The position numbers were made by a program, and so were the translations under genes. A DNA stretch of 64,000 bases from the NCBI GenBank assembly GCA_036267255.1, contig DATAWK010000036.1, forward strand, positions 35,546 through 99,545. Direction: 5' to 3'. Positions 21,326-31,565 of this stretch are shown in pieces (the first letter of the stretch is position 1; each line of letters opens with the position of its first letter). The DNA is from Acidobacteriaceae bacterium. Its GTDB lineage: Bacteria > Acidobacteriota > Terriglobia > Terriglobales > Acidobacteriaceae. The notes beneath the pieces are model-generated. The model saw only the letters and a program-made list of their open reading frames with translations. It was not told the origin of the DNA and ran no database searches.

Positions 21326-21895
21326 TCAGTGCGGCGATACTTCGCCCCACGCGGATTGAATCGCCTGCATCGTTGCATCGATAGTTTTCGCCTGTATGGC
21401 ATGCTGACGGTTCTGCGGTTTTAGAAATCCATCTTTTACAGCCCGGTCCAGCATTGCCAGCAGCGGGTCGTAATAGCCCGCAGGGTTCAGCAGCACAATT
21501 GGCTTGGCGTGCAGACCAAGCTGTGCCCATCCCAGCACCTCGCATAGTTCATCGAGCGTACCGTAGCCACCGGGCAGCGCGATAAACGCATCGGCCAGCG
21601 CCGCCATTTGATGCTTGCGCTCGTGCATGGTTTCAACAACGTGCAATTCCGTCAGGCCGCGATGGGCAACTTCCCTGCCCATCAAATGTTTCGGAATGAT
21701 GCCAACTGCATGACCACCGGCTGCCAACACGGCATCGGCAATGGCGCCCATTAGTCCAACGCGTGCACCGCCATAGACCAGTCCCACGCCTACCTGCGCC
21801 ATCGCATGGCCCAATTCCACTGCTGCGGCACGATACTCCGGGCGATTGCCCTCGCTCGATCCGCAATAGACACAAATGTTTTTTCCGGACTGCAT
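21326..21895 (-). CDS. LOG-family (TIGR00730) nucleotide 5'-monophosphate nucleosidase
   Basis: ORF 21326..21964 trimmed to the ATG at 21895 (MQSGKNICVYCGSS). The motifs VYGGARVGLMG and PGGYGTLDEL are the LOG signatures. Confidence 0.85.
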   Translation of the reverse strand: MQSGKNICVYCGSSEGNRPEYRAAAVELGHAMAQVGVGLVYGGARVGLMGAIADAVLAAGGHAVGIIPKHLMGREVAHRGLTELHVVETMHERKHQMAALADAFIALPGGYGTLDELCEVLGWAQLGLHAKPIVLLNPAGYYDPLLAMLDRAVKDGFLKPQNRQHAIQAKTIDATMQAIQSAWGEVSPH

Positions 21896-21987
21896 ACCAA
21901 CCTGAGAATACCGCGTTGGCGGAGCGGTACACTGGAGATTGATCTGCATCGCCAACCAACGCATGCCGGTAAGGAGTTCCCTCGTAC

Positions 21988-24720
21988 GTGTCCCTCGCGC
22001 TTGACAAACTGAATCCGCAGCAGCGTGCCGCCGTCGAAACCGTCGATGGGCCGCTGCTGATCCTTGCCGGCGCGGGCTCCGGCAAAACGCGTGTCATCAC
22101 GTATCGCATTGCCTATCTGATTCAGGAGCGCGGCGTCGCGCCGGATTCCATTCTTGCCGTCACGTTTACCAACAAGGCCTCGAAAGAGATGGCCGAGCGC
22201 GTGGAGCGCCTGCTGGAGCACGGCAGCCTGGCACGGCCCTTGCTGGCCACCTTTCACTCCTTCTGTGTTCGCATGCTGCGGCGCGATATTGAAGCGCTGC
22301 GCGTCAACGGACGCGGACGCACGCGCGATTTCGTTATCTACGACGAGAACGATCAGCAGTCGGTGGTGAAACAGGCGATGCGCCGAATGGGATTGGACGA
22401 CAAGCAATTGACGCCGCGCACGGTGCTGTCGCGCATCTCCTGGGCAAAAAACCACATGCTGGACCCGCAGGAGATTTATCTGCAATCGGCGGACCCGAAG
22501 ACCGAACGCATCGCGCACATCTACGAGCAATATTCCAAGGAACTGGAACGCGCGAATGCACTGGACTTCGACGATCTGCTGCTGGAAAGCGTGCGCCTGC
22601 TCAGTTCCAGCGCCGAAGTGCGCAAAAACTACAATCGCCGCTATCGCTACCTTCTGATCGATGAATACCAGGACACGAACCGTCCGCAGTATGAGTTGAT
22701 GAAGCTGCTGGCCGGAGAAGAAAAAAATGTCTGCGTAGTCGGCGATGAGGACCAGAGTATCTACTCGTGGCGCGGTGCGGACATCCGCAACATTCTGGAA
22801 TTCGAGAAGGATTTTCCCACAGCCAACATCATTCGACTGGAGCAGAACTATCGCTCCACGCAGGTGATTCTGGAAGCAGCTGCCGGCGTTGTTTCGAACA
22901 ATCTGCAACGCAAAGGCAAAGCGCTGTGGACCACACGGCCCGGTGGCGCACAGGTCGGCTATTATGAAGCGCTCGACGGCGAAGGCGAGGCACTGTTTAT
23001 CGCCGACTACATCCAGAAGTACATTCGCCAGACAGGTGACGAGGAGGAGCTGCCGCGCATCGCCGTTCTGTATCGCACGAATTCGCAATCGCGACTGGTG
23101 GAAGAGGCTCTTCGACGGTACGGCATTGCATATTCCATGGTAGGTGGATTTTCGTTTTACGACCGCGCCGAGATCAAAGACCTGCTGAGCTATTTGAAGC
23201 TGGTGCAGAATCCGAATGATTCGATTGCGCTGCAGCGGGTCATCAATACTCCGACGCGTGGCATCGGCAAAACGACGGTGGAGACGCTGGAACGATTGGC
23301 TCTGGAAACAGGAACGAGCACCTGGGATGCCATTGGACACGCGATTCGCGAGCGGCTGATACCGACGCGTACTTTGATGGCGCTCGACGGTTTCCGGCGC
23401 ATGATCGAAGATGCACGGGCGCTGCTGGGCCCTGACTTTGCAGAGAAGCTGACCGCCGATATTGCCGCAGAAACGGCACCCGAAGATATTTCAAATGCCG
23501 TGTTGGACGCAGCCGCCAATCCGGATACAAATGCCGATACCAGCTTCGACACCAGCTTTGATTTCGGCAGCACGGATTTCCATCCCGACGCATTCGCGGC
23601 AACCGTGTCCGAGGATGCCGGAACGCAAGCGACCGCTTTCCATCCCGCGGAGGTTTCTCCATTCGCCGTGAAGCAGGCGGCAATGCGACGGGCGGGGGGG
23701 AATGCTTCAGAGGATGCAGCGATGCCTGCGGAGAAACCGGCCTTCCGCCAACCGGGAGATGCGGCGACACTGCCGGAGCTGATCAAGTTTTTGATCGACC
23801 GCAGCGGCTATATACGCGCGCTGGAAGAAGAGGCGACACCCGAGGCCACGTCCCGCATGGAGAATCTGCGCGAACTGGTGAATGCCGCGCAGGACGCGCA
23901 GGAACGCGGCGAAACGCTGACGGAATTTCTGGACCACGCGGCGCTGGTCAGCGATACCGATCAGTACAATCCGAATGCGCGCGTTACGCTGATGACACTG
24001 CATGCGGCCAAGGGGCTGGAGTTTCCACTGGTCTTTCTGGCTGGGATGGAAGAGGGACTGTTCCCGCACTCGCGCACGTTCAATGATGCCAATGGTCTGG
24101 AAGAAGAACGTCGCCTGTGTTACGTCGGCATGACGCGCGCCATGAATGCCCTGTTGCTGACGCGCGCCCGGTTCCGCCGCCGCTACGGCAATGAAACCCC
24201 GGAACACTCAACGCCGTCGCGCTTTCTGGCAGAGGTTCCGCAGCATTTGCTCGAGGACCTGACGACGAGCGTCTCCGGGATCAGCGGAGGCGCCTACGCC
24301 AGCCAGGCTCGTTACGGACGCAACCAGCGCGGCAATTTTGGCGCCGGCGACGGTGCGGATGCATTGGCGAACACTGCGCAGCACTGGAATTATGAGGATG
24401 AAGACCAGAGCGCAAGCTCGTCTGCCGCCTCCCGCAATCCAACACGCAAATTCGCCGGTCCGCAGGCGAACTCCATTGACAACATTGCGCAGTTTTTTGG
24501 TGCGCGCGGACAGAAGTTACCGCGACCCAAGCTGCCGGTCCCTGCCGCTACGGGCAGCACGGGATTCCGCAACGGCCAGCGGGTTCGTCATCCGAAATAT
24601 GGCGAAGGAACCGTCTTCCATCGCGAAGGAGACGGAGAAGATGCAAAGATTACGGTACAATTTCAGAGGTTCGGCATAAAAAAGCTGGTCGAGAAATTCG
24701 CGCAGCTGGAGCGCGTGTAA
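21988..24720 (+). CDS. uvrD: ATP-dependent DNA helicase UvrD/PcrA (SF1A) with low-complexity insertions
   Basis: GTG start with AAGGAG upstream. Motifs present: LNPQQRAAVE, AGAGSGKTRV (Walker A), DEYQDTN, YRS, TLHAAKGLEF, and a C-terminal Tudor-like FRNGQRVRHPKYGEGTV. Confidence 0.92.
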   Translation: MSLALDKLNPQQRAAVETVDGPLLILAGAGSGKTRVITYRIAYLIQERGVAPDSILAVTFTNKASKEMAERVERLLEHGSLARPLLATFHSFCVRMLRRDIEALRVNGRGRTRDFVIYDENDQQSVVKQAMRRMGLDDKQLTPRTVLSRISWAKNHMLDPQEIYLQSADPKTERIAHIYEQYSKELERANALDFDDLLLESVRLLSSSAEVRKNYNRRYRYLLIDEYQDTNRPQYELMKLLAGEEKNVCVVGDEDQSIYSWRGADIRNILEFEKDFPTANIIRLEQNYRSTQVILEAAAGVVSNNLQRKGKALWTTRPGGAQVGYYEALDGEGEALFIADYIQKYIRQTGDEEELPRIAVLYRTNSQSRLVEEALRRYGIAYSMVGGFSFYDRAEIKDLLSYLKLVQNPNDSIALQRVINTPTRGIGKTTVETLERLALETGTSTWDAIGHAIRERLIPTRTLMALDGFRRMIEDARALLGPDFAEKLTADIAAETAPEDISNAVLDAAANPDTNADTSFDTSFDFGSTDFHPDAFAATVSEDAGTQATAFHPAEVSPFAVKQAAMRRAGGNASEDAAMPAEKPAFRQPGDAATLPELIKFLIDRSGYIRALEEEATPEATSRMENLRELVNAAQDAQERGETLTEFLDHAALVSDTDQYNPNARVTLMTLHAAKGLEFPLVFLAGMEEGLFPHSRTFNDANGLEEERRLCYVGMTRAMNALLLTRARFRRRYGNETPEHSTPSRFLAEVPQHLLEDLTTSVSGISGGAYASQARYGRNQRGNFGAGDGADALANTAQHWNYEDEDQSASSSAASRNPTRKFAGPQANSIDNIAQFFGARGQKLPRPKLPVPAATGSTGFRNGQRVRHPKYGEGTVFHREGDGEDAKITVQFQRFGIKKLVEKFAQLERV

Positions 24721-24763
24721 AAGCTGTTTGCGCTTCGGCATGGACTAAGAATCTGGAAGGGTT

Positions 24764-24919
24764 ATGGCAAATACAAAGAAGATTGAAGACAAAACAGAAC
24801 GCAAGAAAGTAAAACGCGCGGCTCGTAAAAAAGCTGCCCCGAAGGCAAAACGTACGGTGCCACGCGGTTCCAACAAGCAGAAGATCAAGAAGGCAAGCAA
24901 GACCCTGGGTAAACGCTAA
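24764..24919 (+). CDS. Candidate small, highly basic protein (51 aa), not in the supplied ORF track
   Basis: ATG at 24764 preceded by GGAAGG. It encodes MANTKKIEDKTERKKVKRAARKKAAPKAKRTVPRGSNKQKIKKASKTLGKR (22 of 51 residues are K/R) with stop TAA at 24917-24919. It lies in an otherwise empty 300-bp gap. Confidence 0.4.
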   Translation: MANTKKIEDKTERKKVKRAARKKAAPKAKRTVPRGSNKQKIKKASKTLGKR

Positions 24920-25002
24920 GGACTGGCTGCCGAGGTGTCGCACTGGCGCTTCGGCAGCATAGCGCCGCCACGAACCACATCTTTCGAGCGAATTGCACAG
25001 TA

Positions 25003-25050
25003 AATTGAACTTCAAGCGAATTGGACTTCAAGGGAATTGGATTTCCAGGA
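25003..25050. repeat. Three tandem 16-bp repeats (AATTGRACTTCAAGSG-like) overlapping the permease start
   Basis: The units are AATTGAACTTCAAGCG (25003-25018), AATTGGACTTCAAGGG (25019-25034) and AATTGGATTTCCAGGA (25035-25050). A degenerate fourth unit begins near 24991. Confidence 0.8.
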
Positions 25051-26613
25051 GCCAGCGTTCTGCCAAAGCAGATTTTCGCCACAAAATCGATCGATAAGCT
25101 GATCAGCGACTCAGAACGTCCTGAGCACGCGCTTAAGAAAACACTCGGGCCGGTCTCGCTGACGGCTCTGGGTATTGGCGCAGTCATTGGGTCCGGCATC
25201 TTCACCATCATTGGCACCGCCATCGCCGGGCAAAAATTTGACACTTCCTCCATCCTGAACACACCGGTACTGGATTATCTGATCCATCACACGGCGATGC
25301 TGGGCCGTCCGGGAGCTGGTCCCGCGCTGGCGGTCTCGCTGGTGCTGGTGGCCATCGTGTGCGCCTTTACCGGCCTCTGTTACGCAGAGCTGGCCTCGAT
25401 GATTCCAATTGCCGGCAGCGCATATACCTACACCTATGCGACGATGGGCGAGTTGATTGCGTGGATCATCGGCTGGGACCTGATTCTGGAATACGCCTTC
25501 TCGAACATGGCCGTCAGCGTGGGCTTTGCCGCACACGTGGTCGATCTGATGGATTGGTTCGGTATCCATCCTGCACTGCGATGGATTTCTCCCGCCTATC
25601 TACCGGGCGGTCTGCAGGATCTGCAGGGCCACATGCTGTATGCGCCGGGCTGGCACTTCGGCTTCAACTTTCCTGCCTGCATCATCGTCATTCTGCTCAC
25701 GGTCGTCCTGGTACGCGGCATTCGCGAATCGGCGGAGACAAACAACATTATGGTGCTGCTGAAGATTGCGGCCATCATCGTGTTCATCATTGTCGGTTCT
25801 CAATTCATCCATCCCTCGCACTGGCATCCCTTTTATCCCAATGGCTGGTCCGGTGTGCTGACCGGCGGCTCCATCATTTTCTTTACCTATATTGGATTCG
25901 ATTCCATTTCAACCGCCGCGGAAGAATGCAAGAACCCGCAACGCGATGTGCCCATCGGCATTATCGCCACGCTGATTGTCTGCACCATTTTGTACATCGG
26001 CGTGGCGGTGGTGCTCACAGGAGTTGTGCACTGGCCGCTGTTGCGCGATGATGCCGCACCTGTGGTCAACTCACTGCACCGGCTGTATGCGCAGACGGGC
26101 AGCCCGCTGGTGCACTGGACCCATCTGATTGTGCTGTTTGGCGCGCTGCTGGGCATGATCTCCTCGATCCTGGTCTTCCAGATCGGACAGGCCCGCGTCT
26201 GGTTTGCCATGTCGCGCGACCGCCTGTTGCCATCGGTGTTCAGCCGTGTCCATCCCCGGTTCCGTACGCCGGCCTTTGCCACATGGGTCGCGGGCATCGT
26301 TGTTGGCGTGCCCGCAGGATTGCTGGATATTGGCACCTTCGCCGACCTGTCGAACATCGGCACGCTCTTTGCGTTTGTGCTGGTCTCGATCGGCGTGGTT
26401 GTCCTGCGTTATAAAGAACCTGAGCGAAAACGTGGATTCCGTTGCCCCGGAGGCCCGGTGATCCCGGCGTTGAGCATCTTCTTCTGCATCCTGCTGATGA
26501 TGGGCCTGCCGGTGCTCACCTGGATTCGATTCTTCCTCTGGCTGGCGATCGGTCTGGTAATTTATTACTTCTACAGCCGTCATCGCAGCGAATTTTCCCC
26601 AAATTCCCGCTAA
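25021..26613 (+). CDS. APC-superfamily amino acid permease (cationic amino acid transporter-like)
   Basis: 530 aa with 12-14 TM helices. The N-terminus FATKSIDKLISDSE...LKKTLGPVSLTALGIGAVIGSGIF is typical of the family. The only in-frame start before the conserved region is TTG at 25021. Confidence 0.85.
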   Translation: MDFKGIGFPGASVLPKQIFATKSIDKLISDSERPEHALKKTLGPVSLTALGIGAVIGSGIFTIIGTAIAGQKFDTSSILNTPVLDYLIHHTAMLGRPGAGPALAVSLVLVAIVCAFTGLCYAELASMIPIAGSAYTYTYATMGELIAWIIGWDLILEYAFSNMAVSVGFAAHVVDLMDWFGIHPALRWISPAYLPGGLQDLQGHMLYAPGWHFGFNFPACIIVILLTVVLVRGIRESAETNNIMVLLKIAAIIVFIIVGSQFIHPSHWHPFYPNGWSGVLTGGSIIFFTYIGFDSISTAAEECKNPQRDVPIGIIATLIVCTILYIGVAVVLTGVVHWPLLRDDAAPVVNSLHRLYAQTGSPLVHWTHLIVLFGALLGMISSILVFQIGQARVWFAMSRDRLLPSVFSRVHPRFRTPAFATWVAGIVVGVPAGLLDIGTFADLSNIGTLFAFVLVSIGVVVLRYKEPERKRGFRCPGGPVIPALSIFFCILLMMGLPVLTWIRFFLWLAIGLVIYYFYSRHRSEFSPNSR

Positions 26614-26622
26614 GGTTGGCGC

Positions 26623-27669
26623 ATGCCAGCAAAGAAACAGGTCGATGTCGCAACATGGATTCGCAACTTGCCCAAGGCAGAGCTGCATCTGCACCTGGAA
26701 GGAACCATCGAGCCCGAAACCCTGGTAGCCCTGAGCCAGCGTCACGATGCCAGACCGCTGACCCTGGAAACGGCGCGAACCCTCTATCAATACACCGACT
26801 TTACGGGATTTCTGATGGCCTTCAAGGCCGTGACCGAGCGCCTGCAAACGCCGGAAGATTACGAGCTGGTCACCTACGCGATGCTGCGTGCACTGCATCA
26901 GCAAGGCGTCGTCCATGCCGAGGTGTACGTCTCCGTGGGGGTGGTATATTACTGGCGCAAGCTGGACTTTGAGCCGCTGTTCGCCGGCATGGAGCGGGGA
27001 CGAGAGCGGGGCGAGCGCGAGTTCGGCATCTCCCTGCTCTGGATCTTCGATGCGGTGCGGCACTTTGGCCCGGAGGAAGCGGCGCGCGTCTTCCGCAAGG
27101 CTGCGGAGATGGACGACCTGCATCCTTCCATCGTTGGCATTGGCATTGGCGGCGATGAGCGGCGTACCGGGGCCGAGCCCTTTCGTCAGCTCTATCGTGA
27201 GGCGCGCGCCAACGGCCTGCGGCTCACGGCCCATGCCGGAGAAAGCGTCGGCGCGGAGAGCATCTGGTCGGCCATCAACATTGGCGCCGAGCGCCTGGGT
27301 CACGCCCTGAGCGCCCAGCACGACCCCGAACTGATGGATATTCTGGCGCAAAAACAGATTCCGCTGGAAATTTGCATTACCAGCAATGTCCGTACCGGCT
27401 GCTGCGCTACGATCGACGATCATCCTGTCCGCAGCTACTTTGACTATGGCATGATGGTCACGCTGAATTCAGACGATCCGGCCATGTTTGGCAGCAATCT
27501 GTATGACGAATACCTGCTGGCCCACCAGCACTTTGGCATGACACTGGAACACCTGCGCGAATTGGCCGGCAACTCCATCGAGGCCAGTTTTCTGCTTCCG
27601 GGGCGGAAGCTGGAGCTGTTGCGTCGCGTGGAGCAGTATGCAGAACCGTGCACACCTGCCGATCTGTAG
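26623..27669 (+). CDS. add: Adenosine (adenine) deaminase
   Basis: LPKAELHLHLEGTIEPETL, HAGE and NSDDPAMFG are motifs of the adenosine deaminase amidohydrolase family. Confidence 0.9.
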   Translation: MPAKKQVDVATWIRNLPKAELHLHLEGTIEPETLVALSQRHDARPLTLETARTLYQYTDFTGFLMAFKAVTERLQTPEDYELVTYAMLRALHQQGVVHAEVYVSVGVVYYWRKLDFEPLFAGMERGRERGEREFGISLLWIFDAVRHFGPEEAARVFRKAAEMDDLHPSIVGIGIGGDERRTGAEPFRQLYREARANGLRLTAHAGESVGAESIWSAINIGAERLGHALSAQHDPELMDILAQKQIPLEICITSNVRTGCCATIDDHPVRSYFDYGMMVTLNSDDPAMFGSNLYDEYLLAHQHFGMTLEHLRELAGNSIEASFLLPGRKLELLRRVEQYAEPCTPADL

Positions 27670-27757
27670 AAATGTCGAAATCTGACGGCATTTCTCTCTG
27701 CACGGATTTTTATTTTCCTCTGGCGCAAAGATTCCCGGTCTGCGGTAAGATGAGCGC

Positions 27758-28108
27758 ATGAAACGTCTCGGTATACTTGAATGTATGAGCAATAGCGAGG
27801 AACTGAGCAAAAACGTACCGGTGGAAATCGCTCCGGTGGAAGTGCCTACGCAAGCAGCTGCGGAAGTGCCCATGCAACCGCCTGCGGAAATTCACGCACA
27901 AGCGTTGGTCGCATGCGACGATTCCAGCACGTGGACGCGTACCCTTGGGTGGGTTTCCTTTGCCGCCGGAATGGTGACTCTGGGTTACTTTATCGGTCGT
28001 CAGTTGCGTGCGCGCTATAACTTTCGCCGTCGCACGCCGTATGATTTCTACTCGCACGCAGGCGATGAGCAGACCAATGGCAACGCAGAGTACGGCGTCG
28101 GTATATAG
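27758..28108 (+). CDS. Hypothetical protein with one C-terminal TM helix
   Basis: 116-aa ORF filling the gap between add and acnA, followed by a strong terminator. No recognisable domain. Confidence 0.45.
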   Translation: MKRLGILECMSNSEELSKNVPVEIAPVEVPTQAAAEVPMQPPAEIHAQALVACDDSSTWTRTLGWVSFAAGMVTLGYFIGRQLRARYNFRRRTPYDFYSHAGDEQTNGNAEYGVGI

Positions 28109-28131
28109 AGAAAGATTTTTTACGAAGATAC

Positions 28132-28178
28132 AAAAAGGCCCGGAGCGAGAACCAAGTCGCTTCGGGCCTTTTTATTTT
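28132..28178. terminator. Bidirectional Rho-independent terminator between convergent genes
   Basis: AAAAAGGCCCGGAGCGA (28132-28148) pairs with TCGCTTCGGGCCTTTTT (28157-28173) with one G-U position. It has an A-run on one side and a T-run on the other, and sits between the 27758 gene (+) and acnA (-). Confidence 0.8.
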
Positions 28179-28191
28179 GTCACCAGCGAGG

Positions 28192-30996
28192 CTATGCTTT
28201 TCCCGCCAGTTGCCGCAGCACGTATTGCAGGATGCCGCCATGCTGGTAGTAGAGAATCTCCTGCGGCGTGTCGATGCGAACGACGGCTTGAAACTCTTTC
28301 TTCTTGCCATCGGCTCCCACTGCTTTCACGGTGATCTTCTTGCCGTTGGCGAACCTTGCATCCAGCATCGCGCGCAGTCCGGAGACCTCGAAGACCTCCT
28401 CCCCCGTCAGACCCAGCGATTCGGCATTCTGTCCCGCCTCAAACTGCAGCGGCAAAATGCCCATGCCGACAAGATTCGAGCGATGGATGCGCTCGAAGCT
28501 TTCGGCAATCACCGCGCTCACACCCAGCAGCTTCGGTCCCTTGGCCGCCCAGTCGCGCGAGGAGCCGGAACCGTACTCCTTACCCGCCAAAATGACCAGC
28601 GGCGTTTTGCGTTCCGCATAAACCACCGACGCATCGTAGATGCTCATCGGCTGGCTTTCGGGCAGCAGCCGCGTCACGCCACCTTCCGTTCCCGGAGCCA
28701 GTTTGTTGCGCAGCCGCACATTGGCAAACGTACCGCGCACCATGACTTCATGGTTGCCGCGCCGCGAACCGTAGCTGTTAAAGTCCGCAGGTTTCACCCC
28801 GTGATCCGTCAGATATTTCCCTGCCGGGCCGTTGTGTTTGATGGAACCCGCCGGAGAAATGTGATCTGTCGTCACGCTGTCGCCCAGCACGGCCAGCACG
28901 CGCGCTCCATGAATCTTTTCCACCGCCGCAGGCTTTGCAGCCATGCCATCGAAGTAGGGCGCCTTACGAATGTAGGTCGAATCGGGCTCCCACTGGTAGG
29001 TATCGCCTGTGGAAAATTTGAGGTTTTGCCAGTTCGTATCGCCGTCCGCAATGGTGGAGTATTCCTTGAGAAACATCCCAGAATTGATTGATTTTGCAAG
29101 AGTTGTCTGCACATCTTCCTGCGATGGCCAGATGTCGCGCAGATAGACCGGCTGGCCCTGCTTATCCTTGCCGAGCGGGTCTTTGTCGAAGTCGTGATCG
29201 ATGCGTCCGGCCAGCGCATAGGCCACCACCAGCGGCGGCGACATCAGATAATTCGCGCGCACGTCGGAGTTGATGCGGCCCTCAAAGTTGCGATTGCCGC
29301 TGAGCACCGAGACGGCAACCAGCCCGTGATCTTCGATAGTCTTCGAGACATCCGCAGGCAATGGGCCCGAGTTGCCAATGCACGTGGTGCAGCCGTAGCC
29401 AACGATGTTGAAGCGTAGTTTATCGAGATAGGGCGTCAGTCCGGCCTTCTCGTAATAGTCGGCGACGACGCGCGAACCCGGCGCCAGCGACGTCTTCACC
29501 CACGGCGGGATGGCCAATCCCTTTTCCACTGCCTTCTTCGCCAGCAATCCCGCCGCCAGCATCACCGACGGATTGGAGGTGTTGGTGCAGCTGGTAATCG
29601 CCGCGATCACGACAGACCCATGGTCGAGATATTTGTCGACGGCGACGCCAAAGCGGTGCTGAATGGTGTCTGCCATGCCCGGCTCCGGCGCACCCATACC
29701 ATGGCCGTTGCCATTTCCATTCATAGCAGGATGACCGCCCTCGTCATTCCAGCGCTCCACCTGACGGACCGCGCCCTTGTTGGCGTTCGGCCCCAGAAGA
29801 CCGGGCAGATGTTTGTGAAAGCTGGCGGGAGTCTCGCTCAGACGCACGCGATCCTGCGGACGCTTCGGCCCGGCAACGCTCGGCTCTACGGTCGCCAGAT
29901 CGAGCGACAGAGTTGCGGAGTATTCTGCCTCCGGCGCATTCGATGTGTGGAAGAGACCCTGCTCCTTGTAGTACGCCTCGACCAGAGCGATCTGCTCCTC
30001 GCTGCGACCGGTCAGGCGCAGATAGCGCAGCGTCTCCGCATCGACGGGGAAAATGCCGCAGGTCGCGCCATACTCCGGCGCCATGTTGCCAATGGTGGCG
30101 CGGTCGGCCAGCGGCAATGCGCTGAGACCTGCTCCGTAAAACTCGACAAACTTGCCCACCACGCCATGCTTGCGCAGCATCTCCGTCACGGTCAGCACCA
30201 GGTCCGTTGCGGTCGCGCCCTCGCGCAGTTTGCCCGTCAGTTTGAAGCCAACCACCTGCGGCACCAGCATGGAGACGGGCTGGCCCAGCATGGCCGCCTC
30301 GGCCTCAATGCCGCCGACACCCCAACCCAGCACGCCCAATCCGTTGATCATCGTGGTGTGCGAATCGGTACCGACCAGCGTGTCGGGATAGGCGCGCACG
30401 ACGCCCTTGGCATCCGGCTGCGTCGTAAAAACCACGCGCGCCAGATATTCCAGATTCACCTGGTGGCAGATGCCCATGCCCGGCGGCACGGCAGAAAAAT
30501 TGTCGAAGGCCGACTGACCCCACTTCAGAAACGCATAGCGCTCGCGGTTGCGCTGAAATTCCATCACCGTGTTCACGTCGTATGCGTTGGCCGTGCCGTA
30601 TTCATCCACCTGCACGGAGTGGTCAATCACCAGCTCAGCAGGCTGCAGCGGGTTGATCTTTTCCGGATTGCCGCCCAGGGTGCGCATGGCATCGCGCATC
30701 GCGGCCAGATCGACAATGGCGGGCACGCCGGTAAAATCCTGCATCAGCACACGCGCAGGCATGTAGGCAATCTCGCGGGAGGGTTCAGCCTTCGCATCCC
30801 ACTTGGCGAGAAATTCGATGTCGGCGGCCGTCACGCTTTTGCCGTCTTCATAGCGCAGCAGGTTCTCCAGCAGGATGCGCAGCGAGTACGGCAGGCGCTC
30901 CAGCTTGATTCCTTTTTTTGCCAGTGCATCGAGACGAAAGATTTCATAGGTGCGGTTGCCGCTCTTCAATTGTGCGCGGCTGTCAAAGCTGTTCAT
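28192..30996 (-). CDS. acnA: Aconitate hydratase A (IRP-like, monomeric)
   Basis: 934 aa. Motifs present: [33 protein letters not shown], the cluster-ligand context CTNTSNP and NRNFEGR. Confidence 0.97.
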   Translation of the reverse strand: MNSFDSRAQLKSGNRTYEIFRLDALAKKGIKLERLPYSLRILLENLLRYEDGKSVTAADIEFLAKWDAKAEPSREIAYMPARVLMQDFTGVPAIVDLAAMRDAMRTLGGNPEKINPLQPAELVIDHSVQVDEYGTANAYDVNTVMEFQRNRERYAFLKWGQSAFDNFSAVPPGMGICHQVNLEYLARVVFTTQPDAKGVVRAYPDTLVGTDSHTTMINGLGVLGWGVGGIEAEAAMLGQPVSMLVPQVVGFKLTGKLREGATATDLVLTVTEMLRKHGVVGKFVEFYGAGLSALPLADRATIGNMAPEYGATCGIFPVDAETLRYLRLTGRSEEQIALVEAYYKEQGLFHTSNAPEAEYSATLSLDLATVEPSVAGPKRPQDRVRLSETPASFHKHLPGLLGPNANKGAVRQVERWNDEGGHPAMNGNGNGHGMGAPEPGMADTIQHRFGVAVDKYLDHGSVVIAAITSCTNTSNPSVMLAAGLLAKKAVEKGLAIPPWVKTSLAPGSRVVADYYEKAGLTPYLDKLRFNIVGYGCTTCIGNSGPLPADVSKTIEDHGLVAVSVLSGNRNFEGRINSDVRANYLMSPPLVVAYALAGRIDHDFDKDPLGKDKQGQPVYLRDIWPSQEDVQTTLAKSINSGMFLKEYSTIADGDTNWQNLKFSTGDTYQWEPDSTYIRKAPYFDGMAAKPAAVEKIHGARVLAVLGDSVTTDHISPAGSIKHNGPAGKYLTDHGVKPADFNSYGSRRGNHEVMVRGTFANVRLRNKLAPGTEGGVTRLLPESQPMSIYDASVVYAERKTPLVILAGKEYGSGSSRDWAAKGPKLLGVSAVIAESFERIHRSNLVGMGILPLQFEAGQNAESLGLTGEEVFEVSGLRAMLDARFANGKKITVKAVGADGKKKEFQAVVRIDTPQEILYYQHGGILQYVLRQLAGKA

Positions 30997-31303
30997 AACG
31001 TAGGCTCCTCATCATCGTTAGCGGGCAGGCAGAAAGTCGCTGCCCGATTGGTTCACGAGCGTCCCGTAAAAATTCCCCGTAGGCAATTCTAAAACCGGGT
31101 GGGATAGTTATGAGCGATAGAGGAGGTTTTCGCCGCGATCGGGCTTGCCGTGGCGCCAACGCTTGAGAACGATAACCTTGGGCAGGAAGAGCATAGCGAT
31201 CCGACAGCATGCGTGCTGTCTGCTTCTATGGTAGCGCTAGAAGGGGAGGAAAGAAAAGTAAGCAATGGCGCACATCGGCATTTTTATGATCTTTGCCGGC
31301 GGA

Positions 31304-31483
31304 TCAATTGGAATGCGGATTGTGGGGCGGCGCAGTTTCGTCTTTTCCCAGGACAAGCTGACGCAGCCAGCTCGGCCAGAAGCTGCCGATTCGAGGAAAA
31401 GTCTTTGCGAATCGACCCGCTGTTAGCAGATACGCGATCCCAACCACAATCGCGATCAGCACCAATCGCGCAACCATATACAT
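31304..31483 (-). CDS. Candidate small membrane protein (59 aa)
   Basis: ORF 31304..31537 trimmed to the ATG at 31483, which is preceded by GAGGGA. MYMVARLVLIAIVVGIAYLLTAG forms one TM helix. There is no homology support. Confidence 0.3.
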   Translation of the reverse strand: MYMVARLVLIAIVVGIAYLLTAGRFAKTFPRIGSFWPSWLRQLVLGKDETAPPHNPHSN

Positions 31484-31565
31484 ATCGATCCCTCTTGCCT
31501 GCCAGCTTACGCTCAAAATAAGAAGAACAGCACCCAATGCGGCGCATCTGTGGCACCCGCACCAG

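Noticed and set aside
21790-23340. 516-aa ORF on the minus strand. Similar long antisense ORFs: 2432..3949, 26071..27423, 29620..31092, 37548..38846, 39367..40395, 44856..46448, 48990..50900, 51291..52574, 55525..56616 and 59827..61494.
   Set aside because: Each lies entirely antisense to a gene with unmistakable motifs (uvrD, groEL, permease/add, acnA, mntH, purD, PP2C, nrdJ, czcA, beta-helix protein). Their translations are Arg/Ala/Gly/His-rich with no recognisable domain, which is the usual shadow-ORF artefact of high-GC DNA.
31150-31521. 123-aa plus-strand ORF between acnA and the DUF1810 gene.
   Set aside because: No RBS and no recognisable domain. It overlaps the better-supported small minus-strand ORF (good RBS, TM helix) and the acnA promoter region.
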